Shown here in pieces: positions 1-7,186 of a stretch of DNA of 24,667 nucleotides (position 1 is the stretch's first letter; each line of letters starts with the position of its first letter). The translations under genes were made by a program, and so were the position numbers. Below the pieces are notes generated by a model. The model was not told where the DNA came from, made no database searches, and was given only the letters and a program-made list of their open reading frames with translations. This DNA is from Abditibacterium sp. (lineage in GTDB: Bacteria; Armatimonadota; Abditibacteriia; Abditibacteriales; Abditibacteriaceae), in contig CBDASK010000001.1 in the NCBI GenBank assembly GCA_965199495.1, positions 1 through 24,667 of the forward strand, read 5' to 3'.

Positions 1-107
1 GATTATCAGTTTTGGAATATGACGATCCCAAGGCGCGCGAAGAATTGGAGGCATTAGCCAACTTTCTTTTTGTAAATTCAAACGATATACAAAAGACATC
101 TAAATAA
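1..107 (+). CDS. parA: ParA C-terminal part (…GLSVLE|YDDPKAREELEALANFLFVNSNDIQKTSK*)
   Basis: After collapsing the 17-nt terminal overlap, the parA frame continues to TAA at 105-107 and gives a typical ParA C-terminal helix. Confidence 0.9.
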   Translation, partial: LSVLEYDDPKAREELEALANFLFVNSNDIQKTSK

Positions 108-134
108 CATCCGATCAACATTGGAGTAACACCG
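80..134 (+). repeat. Second degenerate 11-bp-period array between parA and the RHH gene (candidate parS)
   Basis: Units: aaacgatatac, aaaagacatct, aaataacatcc, gatcaacattg, gagtaacaccg. Shared RACAYC-like core. Confidence 0.55.
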
Positions 135-135
135 C

Positions 136-387
136 ATGGCAATCGCAAAAAATCCTAAACGCAACCCCATTATGAACAACGACCGCGAAGCCGAAGCCTT
201 CATTTCAGGCGCAGGGCAGACCCCCGCCACGGACACTGACGAGCGGGAACCAAACAAAAAACCCATTCAGGTGCGCGTTGATCCCGCTCTTTTGGAGCGC
301 ATTGATCGCGCGGCCAAACGGCTCGGCATTAGCCGCAGCGCCTTTATTGTTTCCAGTGCCGCCGAACGACTGGAACGTATGGAGTAG
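136..387 (+). CDS. Ribbon-helix-helix (CopG/ParG-like) protein, probable centromere-binding partner of ParA
   Basis: Flexible N-terminus (EAFISGA), then KPIQVRVDPALLERIDRAAKRLGISRSAFI. Directly downstream of parA with a GGAG RBS. Confidence 0.85.
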   Translation: MAIAKNPKRNPIMNNDREAEAFISGAGQTPATDTDEREPNKKPIQVRVDPALLERIDRAAKRLGISRSAFIVSSAAERLERME

Positions 388-398
388 GAAACCAACCC

Positions 399-1625
399 AT
401 GAGCCACGACGACACCAACGATCAAAATTCGGATCGCGGCTTGATGCCGATGGGAGAGATTTTAGGCGGTTTATTCTCTTTTCCCCAAGAAGAAACCGCA
501 ACGCCCGAATGCAAAAGCAACGCCCCGAAAACCAATGCCAAACTGCAAAAAGCGGCGGCGGAAATCGTCGCTCGGCCAGAAGAAACCGAGGCGGCTTATC
601 TGGCGCGTGAGCTGGTGCAATGCACTTTGCCGCATCGTAATCCTGGCAAGGTCAACGGCTGGAAACGCTCGAACGGCAATTTTCATTTGGTTTTGCAACC
701 GTCACTCGATCCCGAAACTATGGAACCGCTGGGCTTGCCTTACGGCTCGATCCCGCGTTTGATTTTGTTGTGGATTGTCACCGAAGCCGTCCGCACTAAA
801 AACCCGCACTTGAAATTGGGCGACACCCTCAACGACTTTTTACGAGAAATCGGCCTCGATCCGAACACGGGAAGAGGCAAGCGCGGGGATGCCACCAGAG
901 TAAAAGATCAGATGATGAAGCTTTTGCGTTGCCGAATTAGCTTTGAATACAAAGACAGCCACCGGCAGTCATGGCGCGAAATGCCCGTAGCCGCCGAGGG
1001 CGATTTTTGGTGGGATCACCAAGCACCCGACCAGACCACTATTTTTGAAAATCATATCGTTTTAGGCGAGAAATTTTTCAAAGCGATCACCGCCGCACCC
1101 GTGCCGGTTGATTTACGCGCGCTCATTCCGCTCAAGCAATCACCACTCGCCATTGATCTCTACACATGGTCAACCTATCGGCTCCACACCATGCAAAGGG
1201 CAGGGCACAAACAGATCAAAATTCCGCTCACCGAATTGCGGGAACAATTCGGCAGCGAATACAACCGCATGAATAATTTTAAGGCCGCGTTTGTAGATGC
1301 GATGGGGAAGGTGCAAACCGTTTTTCCAGCTTTGGAATACAGGTTTGAAGGCAATGCTTTGGTTTTGCGGGACAGCCGCCAACTGCCCTCGATTGCTCCC
1401 ACCGATAAGACCGCCGCGCAAAAACGGCTGGCTGAACAACGCCCGTTCGATCAGGTGAGCGAAAAAGCACGGGAAAGGTTCAAAACGGATTTTCCGCGCT
1501 GGGATGTGGATGCCGTAATTTCTGATTTCTATTTATGGCGAGAAGAGAAGGGCGAAGTCAGCGCCAACACCGACGCTCATTTCAGAGCATTTGCAAAAAC
1601 ATGGGTCGAAAAGAACCAAAAATAG
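399..1625 (+). CDS. repA: Plasmid replication initiator, RepA_C-like family, with a C-terminal helical extension
   Basis: Motifs YLARELVQCTLPHRNPG, GLPYGSIPRLILLW, TEAVRTK, APVPVDL, SPLAIDLYTW, QFGSEY. Iterons lie immediately downstream. The exact start (399 or ~444) is uncertain. Confidence 0.88.
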   Translation: MSHDDTNDQNSDRGLMPMGEILGGLFSFPQEETATPECKSNAPKTNAKLQKAAAEIVARPEETEAAYLARELVQCTLPHRNPGKVNGWKRSNGNFHLVLQPSLDPETMEPLGLPYGSIPRLILLWIVTEAVRTKNPHLKLGDTLNDFLREIGLDPNTGRGKRGDATRVKDQMMKLLRCRISFEYKDSHRQSWREMPVAAEGDFWWDHQAPDQTTIFENHIVLGEKFFKAITAAPVPVDLRALIPLKQSPLAIDLYTWSTYRLHTMQRAGHKQIKIPLTELREQFGSEYNRMNNFKAAFVDAMGKVQTVFPALEYRFEGNALVLRDSRQLPSIAPTDKTAAQKRLAEQRPFDQVSEKARERFKTDFPRWDVDAVISDFYLWREEKGEVSANTDAHFRAFAKTWVEKNQK

Positions 1626-1631
1626 CTGACT

Positions 1632-1809
1632 TGTGGATAAGTGGAGGGGTGAAACGGTAGCAGCCGAGGGGTGAAATGGTAGCAAGTGGAGGGGTGAAAC
1701 GGTAGCAAGCGAGGGGTGAAATGGTAGCAACGCACCTTATATATCTATCCTGTAGTTCTTCCTGTAATAAATCCTGTAGGTTGCGCGAGCGCGCGCGATT
1801 TTTTCCACA
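1632..1809. promoter_or_regulatory. Iteron-type replication origin (oriV)
   Basis: DnaA box TGTGGATAA at 1632-1640, four iterons, an AT-rich tract with three TCCTGTA repeats at 12-bp spacing (1748, 1760, 1772), and a second DnaA box TTTTCCACA at 1801-1809. Confidence 0.88.
1644..1729 (+). repeat. Four 19-bp iterons GAGGGGTGAAAYGGTAGCA
   Basis: Copies start at 1644, 1666, 1689 and 1711. Spacing of 22/23/22 is about two helical turns. Confidence 0.93.
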
Positions 1810-1835
1810 GACAGGGTAAAACTCGCACGGTGCCG

Positions 1836-1873
1836 AAGCGGCTTTTTGCCCTTTAAGGGGCAAAGCCGCTTTT
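1836..1873. terminator. Inverted repeat / possible intrinsic terminator after oriV
   Basis: AAGCGGCTTTTTGCCC-tttaag-GGGCAAAGCCGCTT followed by T's. Confidence 0.45.
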
Positions 1874-2497
1874 CAAATTCGGTTTGTTTCTGGTTTAAAA
1901 AGGATTGAGCGGCTACGCCGCGCTGAATGATCTTGGGGGCTACGCACCCCCAAACCCCGCGCCCGTTCCCAACGGGAGGGAATGCCAGTTAAAACAACGA
2001 GGGAAGGTTTTAAGATTTCAGAAGTCAATACGATTTTTTCCCTTGAAAGCGAAGATAAAACAACCGCCCGTCTGCTCCAAGGGCACGAAAACAATTTTCT
2101 TCACACGCATACTGCGCTAAAAATTCTTTTCTCTTCGACCCTTTCCACAGCCAGTCGCTTGCTTTAAAAACCCAGCTAAGGGGAAAAACCGCAGTTGTCA
2201 GAGCTAACTCTGCCAGCAGCACCCAGAACCCCAACAGGCGCGGCCAGCATCGAGAGCCTAATTCTTCCCAAGGGAAATTTTTAATAGAGGCGCATAGAAG
2301 CCCGTAGGGAGCCGCCGAGAAAATTTAGCTACTGGGAGACCAAAAACCGAAAACAACGCACTGACGGGCAGCTATTCGCTCATTATGAGCCATTTTCAGG
2401 AGTGAGCGCCAATAAAAAGGCTGGCGAACGATGAAAAGGGCGTTTCTTCGCCCCGAAAAGCTGTTTTCTGCTGTTATCGGTGCATCCCAGAATTTTC

Positions 2498-2526
2498 TTG
2501 CTCTGGGTGTCAAATAGACATACACT
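2498..2526 (+). promoter_or_regulatory. Sigma70-like promoter of the TA operon with a palindromic operator in the spacer
   Basis: TTGCTC-17bp-TACACT. TGTC-N5-GACA palindrome at 2508-2520. AAGGAG RBS before 2547. Confidence 0.7.
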
Positions 2527-2546
2527 AAGCCCAACAAGGAGATCGC

Positions 2547-2918
2547 ATGATGCCCAAAGTTTTGAAAAAGTCCACGCCCTCGAAAGGGCAAACAACAGTG
2601 GCCACGCCAACAGCGACTACGCGCCGCCGCGCCGTTTTGCGCGACCGCCTCAGTTGCCGCATTGACGCCCAGATCAAGCAGCGCGCCGAAGATGCAGCTT
2701 TGCTGCTGGGGCAGGATTTGACCGCGTTCACCGAGAGCGCCCTCAACGAGAAAGCGCAAGCGGTGATGGAGCAAGAAGAAAAGCTGATTTTATCCGATCA
2801 GGAATTTAAAAAGTTCGTGGCCGCGCTCGATAACCCACCCACTCCCACGAAAGCACTGGTAGCCGCGCGCCAGTCGCTGCGCCAGTTGCAGGGAGAACAT
2901 CCCACAGGCAACTGGTAA
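2547..2918 (+). CDS. DUF1778 (TacA/AtaR-like) RHH antitoxin
   Basis: RLSCRIDAQIKQRAEDAA..GQDLTAF..SALNEKAQAV..LILSDQEFKKFVAALDNPPTPTKAL. Lies upstream of a GNAT gene. Confidence 0.9.
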   Translation: MMPKVLKKSTPSKGQTTVATPTATTRRRAVLRDRLSCRIDAQIKQRAEDAALLLGQDLTAFTESALNEKAQAVMEQEEKLILSDQEFKKFVAALDNPPTPTKALVAARQSLRQLQGEHPTGNW

Positions 2919-2921
2919 TTC

Positions 2922-3470
2922 ATGCTTACTCTTGACCGCTTGCTCGCCGAAAAACCCGTTCTCGAAGTGTTGGCAACCCATCACGACCGTGCCGACTTTG
3001 ATTGCGGCGAAGCCTCGCTCAACCTTTTTTTGCAGCGTCAGGCGCGGCAAAATGCCAGTCGGAATTTAGGGGTTACACGCGTAGTGGTGCCCGTTGCGGG
3101 CGATGCGCGCATTTTGGCCTATTACACGCTGGTCACGCGTTCGGTGACGCGCGATGAGCTGCCTAAATCCAATCGTTTTCCACCCGATGGTGTGGGCGTT
3201 GTTTTATTGGGGCGGCTGGCGGTGGACAAACGCGCGCAAGGCCAGCGATTGGGCACGCTGATGGTGGTCAAAGCCATCGAACAGACCGAACGCGCCGCGC
3301 AGGATGTGGGCATCCATGCGCTGATCGTTCACGCGCTCGATGAAAAGGCCAAGCAATGGTATTTGGGGCTTGATTTCGGGTTTGAAGAACTCAAAACCAA
3401 CGCCCTGCACCTCTATCTTCCGATTGAAACCATTCGCCAATCGGGATTAACAACACCCGAAACGATTTAA
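2922..3470 (+). CDS. GNAT acetyltransferase toxin (TacT/AtaT-like)
   Basis: HDRADFDCGEASLNLFL, LLGRLAVDKRAQGQRLG (acetyl-CoA motif), LIVHALDEKAKQWY..GF. Confidence 0.92.
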   Translation: MLTLDRLLAEKPVLEVLATHHDRADFDCGEASLNLFLQRQARQNASRNLGVTRVVVPVAGDARILAYYTLVTRSVTRDELPKSNRFPPDGVGVVLLGRLAVDKRAQGQRLGTLMVVKAIEQTERAAQDVGIHALIVHALDEKAKQWYLGLDFGFEELKTNALHLYLPIETIRQSGLTTPETI

Positions 3471-3570
3471 ACACAAATCAACATCTTTACAGCCACCGCT
3501 GACCTCTGTGCAGATGCTGAAATCGCGGGACAAGCCCCGCAGTTTGCCGACACCCTCAATCCTAAACGAT

Positions 3571-4446
3571 ATGCCAACCGAAATCTTACCAGACGAGCCA
3601 GGCTATTACTCCGATGGTCAATACGCAGCATCGGCAAAAGCCCTGACTGAAATCATCGTCCCTGCTCTGACCTCCGTTCGCGAAAATCTCCATGAGAGGG
3701 ATTTTTACAACGGGTTATTTACAACAAAAATTGAGGAGAAATTTGTAGAGCATATCGCCACCCTCACCGTCAAACCAAAAGGCCAACCAGCATCATCCTT
3801 AACTTTTAAATACGACGGGGCGAAGGGCATCTTCAAAGTCAAAGAGACGATCAAAAACCCTCAGCAAACAACGATCAAGGGCAACACCACTTTGGTTGTA
3901 AAGTCCGCCAATACCCACAAAGCACACCACATCAAGGAGACCGATCTCACAAAAGAAATCTTGGAGAAGGTTGTCTTCGATTTCGTTGACGCTCTCGTGC
4001 AGTCGAGCCAGCAGCAGTCAAAGCAAGCGCCTCCCGCTAAGATCGTCAGCGACAAATCGGCTCCGGCGCTAACGTCGAGACAAAGTAAATCGCTCACGGA
4101 TGCAGTCAGCGCAATTATAAAAGGGATGGACAAAGACCCCGACAAGCCGATGACGCTCTCGCAAGTGATAGCGAGTGGAAAGAAGCCGCAGGATATTTAT
4201 GACATGGAAATGTTGATGGATAAAAAGCGCATCTACTGGCAGACTTATTTGATTCATGCCGCAACCGACGGAATGAACAAAAAAATCCGCACGCCCGCGA
4301 AGAGAAGAGCCGCCGTTCAAGGTTTGCAAAAGGAACTGAAAGCAGTTCCAACCACAGCAATTTTGAAAGCTGCTTACCCTTTGATCATCATAGACGATGC
4401 GACCTGCGAACTGTTGGACGCCGACTTAAAAAGCCTTTCGTTATGA
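3571..4446 (+). CDS. Hypothetical two-domain protein; its C-terminal domain is paralogous to the next gene
   Basis: Long ORF (track start 3508 GTG; ATG at 3571 is an alternative). A QQQ/PP linker separates the domains. Stop overlaps the next start (ATGA). Confidence 0.75.
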   Translation: MPTEILPDEPGYYSDGQYAASAKALTEIIVPALTSVRENLHERDFYNGLFTTKIEEKFVEHIATLTVKPKGQPASSLTFKYDGAKGIFKVKETIKNPQQTTIKGNTTLVVKSANTHKAHHIKETDLTKEILEKVVFDFVDALVQSSQQQSKQAPPAKIVSDKSAPALTSRQSKSLTDAVSAIIKGMDKDPDKPMTLSQVIASGKKPQDIYDMEMLMDKKRIYWQTYLIHAATDGMNKKIRTPAKRRAAVQGLQKELKAVPTTAILKAAYPLIIIDDATCELLDADLKSLSL

Positions 4447-4862
4447 GTGACAAATTTGCCCCCAAATTGACAGCTAAACAGCGCGCTCAAGTTGAAGCCG
4501 TTATCAAAGAGTTGATGGATAAAACCAAACAACTGCTCTTGGATGATGAGTGCAGCCCGGACAGCGCTCAGGGACTTTTGAAAGAGGGTTTGCCCTGGAT
4601 AGAATATTTAAACCATGCCGCCGCCGATGGAGAAAAAGGGAGCAGCGTTCGTTCGTCGTCGAAAAGAATAGTTGCCGCGAAAAAGATCAAGAGGAGTCTC
4701 AAGAAAACTCCGACCATTGCCGACCTACAAGCGGAGCAATCTTTGACCGCAGAAGCAGAATTGGATGAAAAAATCGTGGCTATTCTCGATAAGGATTTAA
4801 GCCGTTGTTGCAGCGAGTTGCCACCCGCTTTGTGGTCGATGCTTGAGTCGAAGAAGGATTAA
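4443..4862 (+). CDS. Hypothetical 139-aa protein, stand-alone paralog of the upstream gene's C-terminal domain
   Basis: ATGA coupling to the upstream gene and shared motif blocks (see findings). Confidence 0.78.
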   Translation: MSDKFAPKLTAKQRAQVEAVIKELMDKTKQLLLDDECSPDSAQGLLKEGLPWIEYLNHAAADGEKGSSVRSSSKRIVAAKKIKRSLKKTPTIADLQAEQSLTAEAELDEKIVAILDKDLSRCCSELPPALWSMLESKKD

Positions 4863-5012
4863 CCCCGCTCACTTCCAAAAGCTGAGGTGCCGCCTGAGCG
4901 TTTGACGGGAGAGAGCGCCACTCAGGGCTGGCGAACGACCGCAAACGCGGCCCACTGACAACCAATACGACCCGCCCTTTTGCTCTGGCAACTGTGGCGG
5001 GTTTTCACTTTT

Positions 5013-5198
5013 GCGGGGTTATCGCGTTTTTTGCCCTTTGTCAGGCGTGACCGAGCCAACCTTTGTTGTGAAATCTAACGCCCCACGCGCCTACGGACTT
5101 CAAGGCCCGGCCCGCTCCCTTCGCTGCGCTCCCGTGTGAGGCCGTTGAAGTCGGCGCGCAACGCGTCTAAGCCGCTTTCACAAGGTCGGCAATCCCGC
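5013..5198. promoter_or_regulatory. Large imperfect stem-loop; candidate ssDNA promoter / single-strand initiation site (Frpo/ssi-like)
   Basis: Nested arms: TTGTGAAA(5066)/TTTCACAA(5176), CGCGCC(5086)/GGCGCG(5153), GACTTCAA-GGCC(5096)/GGCC-G-TTGAAGTC(5140). Confidence 0.6.
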
Positions 5199-5221
5199 TG
5201 ACCCCAGAAAAGGAAAACGCT

Positions 5222-5491
5222 ATGACAAACCCAACCGAAAACAACACAGCCACGGGCAACAACCCACCGGTTGCCAAACTGCGGATCGGCCTCATCAATG
5301 CCAGCATCTGGCAGCGCCACGCCACAGAAGGCAGCTTCTACTCCGCCAACTTCGAGCGCCGCTACCGCGACAAAGAGGGCCACTGGCATTCGTCGCAGAG
5401 CTTTAACGCCGACGATCTGCTGGTGTTGGCGAAAATCGCCGATCAAGCTCACAGCAAAATTCAGGAGCTGCGGACGGGCGAAGCCGAGTAG
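5222..5491 (+). CDS. Small conserved mobile-element protein, predicted PC4/SpoVG-like ssDNA-binding fold
   Basis: PVAKLRIGLINASIW…FYSANFERRYRDKEGHWHSSQSFNADDLLVLAKIADQAH: aromatic beta strands then a helix. AAGGA RBS. The fold assignment is from memory of similar proteins. Confidence 0.65.
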   Translation: MTNPTENNTATGNNPPVAKLRIGLINASIWQRHATEGSFYSANFERRYRDKEGHWHSSQSFNADDLLVLAKIADQAHSKIQELRTGEAE

Positions 5492-5498
5492 GGCCGTC

Positions 5499-5521
5499 GG
5501 GGCGGCTGATTCAGCCGCCCC
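5499..5521. repeat. Perfect 11-bp inverted repeat between convergent genes
   Basis: GGGGCGGCTGA-T-TCAGCCGCCCC. There is no U-tract on either side, so a terminator role is uncertain. Confidence 0.6.
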
Positions 5522-5541
5522 ACAAAACAGCGCCTCCAAAA

Positions 5542-5832
5542 TCAGACCTTCGGTTCTCTTTGGGGCAGACCGGGAAAGAGCGCGCGATTGCGCTCTTCGG
5601 TCAAACCTTCATCCAACCACTCTCTCAGTTTTGCCACCAGTTCGGCATCGGTTTCCGCTTTCTTTAGCACGATGGCACCGACTAAAATTTTGCGCCGGGT
5701 ATCTTGGGCGCGGGCCTCCTTTTTTCGCTTGTGGACGATTTGAGCGCGCTTCTTGGCAAGCAGGGCTTTTTTCTGCTCAATCTGTTCTTTGAGTCGTTCG
5801 AGTTCAGGGGCTTCCGTTGGCTGGTTTTGCAT
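5542..5832 (-). CDS. mobC: MOBQ relaxosome accessory protein (MobC/MobS/TraD-like)
   Basis: Coiled coil then ARAQDTRRKILVGAIVL…WLDEGLTEERNRALF. Divergent from the relaxase. GGAGA RBS supports ATG at 5832. Confidence 0.85.
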   Translation of the reverse strand: MQNQPTEAPELERLKEQIEQKKALLAKKRAQIVHKRKKEARAQDTRRKILVGAIVLKKAETDAELVAKLREWLDEGLTEERNRALFPGLPQREPKV

Positions 5833-5914
5833 TGCTTCTCCGAAATTGTCAGGTGCGTTCGAGAGCGGCAGTGTATAGCAAAATCGGAACGAATGAGAAA
5901 TGCGGAACGTTTCA

Positions 5915-5945
5915 GAATGGCGCACTTAGAGCAAACTTCGTTTGC
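5915..5945 (-). promoter_or_regulatory. oriT, RSF1010/MOBQ type; predicted nic between 5921 and 5920 on the minus strand
   Basis: The minus strand reads GCAAAC-GAA-GTTTGC-TC-TAAGTGCG^CCAT: an inverted repeat plus the TAAGTGCGCC core, between mobC and mobA. Confidence 0.88.
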
Positions 5946-5972
5946 GTGCGGTCTGCGACGCGAAAAAGGATC

Positions 5973-7127
5973 ATGGCACAATACCGATTAAGCGTATCCG
6001 TTGCCAAACGCAGCGAAGGCCGAAGCGCCACCGCAATGGCGGCGTATCGGGCGGGCGCGATAATTCATGACCAGCGCACCGGAGAAACCTTCGATTACAT
6101 CCGCAAAAGCGGCGTGCTGCACTCCGAGATGATCGTGCCGGAAAACGCGCCCCCGTGGGCGCGCGACCGGCAGGAGTTGTGGAATCGCAGCGAGGCCGCC
6201 AACCGGCGCAAAGATGCCATTGTCGCGCGCGAAATCTAACTCTCTTTGCCTCATGAACTGACCGATGCCCAGCGTCAGGAATTAACCGGCGATTTCGCCC
6301 GCTTCCTCAGCGACCGTTATCAGGTCGCCGTCGATACCAATATCCACGCGCCCAACCCCGATGGCGATGAGCGCAACCACCACGCCCATCTGCTGATCTG
6401 CACGCGCCCCTTCGATGAAACCAAAGCGCATGGACTGGGCAACAATCTCCGCGACTTCGATGCGGTCGCATGCCAGCGCGACGGTAAGGAGAATCCGGTC
6501 GAGCTTTGGCGCGCGACGTGGGCGCAGCAACTCAATGACTCTTTGGAGCGCGCAAGTGTGCGCGATTCGGCAGGGGAGGGCGTGGCCGTTGACCATCGAA
6601 GCTATGAGCGCCAAGGCATTGAACAGGAGCCAATGATTAAAGAGGGGTCTGCCGTCACCGGACAAAAGCGGCGCGGCGAAGCGCCCGAACGCGCCGAACA
6701 AAACAACGCGATTCGCGCCCGCAACGCCCAGCAGCAATGGGAGAGCGAGATCCAGGGAGCCGCGCAAAAAATCCCAACTCTGGAACAGAAGGTGTTAAGG
6801 CAACGCCAAGCGCAAGGACTTACAGCCGGGCAAGCCCACGCCCAGCTGCTGAGTGGGGAACCGAGACCGACAGAGTGGGGGATGCAGGAATTAACGCCAA
6901 AGGACGGCCCCCCAAATTCTCTCTCGTCCAACGCGGGCGCAGAAAAACACGCGCTATCTAGGTCGCCGGATAACACAGCCCCCGACGAAGAGAAACAGCG
7001 CGTGGCCGACGCGCTGGCCCGTCTTCAAGCCGGAGCGCCCATCCCCCAGACTGGCCCATCGCTTTCTTCTCCGGGAGCGATACCCGAAGAACCCCCACCG
7101 CCCGACGCGCCCTCACTGGGAATGTAG
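5973..7127 (+). pseudogene. mobA: MobA/MobL (MOBQ) relaxase interrupted by one in-frame TAA at codon 89 (6237-6239)
   Basis: MAQYRLSVSVAKRSEGRSATAMAAY(25)RAG…AREI*LSLPHEL…IHAP..DERNHHAHLL…VDHRSYERQGI. Both track ORFs share one frame. Confidence 0.92.
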
Positions 7128-7186
7128 AAACCGCGTTTGAACGGGCGCTTACACCTTGTCCCGCGCTCGCTCCTCTGGAAAAACCT

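Noticed and set aside
1644..1729. Repeat array as a mini-CRISPR
   Set aside because: The gaps are only 3-4 nt, there are no cas genes, and the array lies beside repA and DnaA boxes, so these are iterons.
3448..3490. Third copy of the 11-bp parS-like array
   Set aside because: Only two core-like matches, and they are not in 11-bp phase.
5075..5792. Overlapping 154-aa and 173-aa ORFs, and similar antisense ORFs across the window
   Set aside because: These are shadow frames of better-supported genes in GC-rich DNA.
5817..5972. Track-extended N-termini of mobA (5817) and mobC (5925)
   Set aside because: They run through oriT. The RBS-supported, family-consistent starts are 5973 and 5832.
6237..6239. 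Stop-codon reassignment explaining the relaxase TAA
   Set aside because: TAA ends many other genes here at their expected family ends (parA, antitoxin, GNAT, ardC, recombinase).
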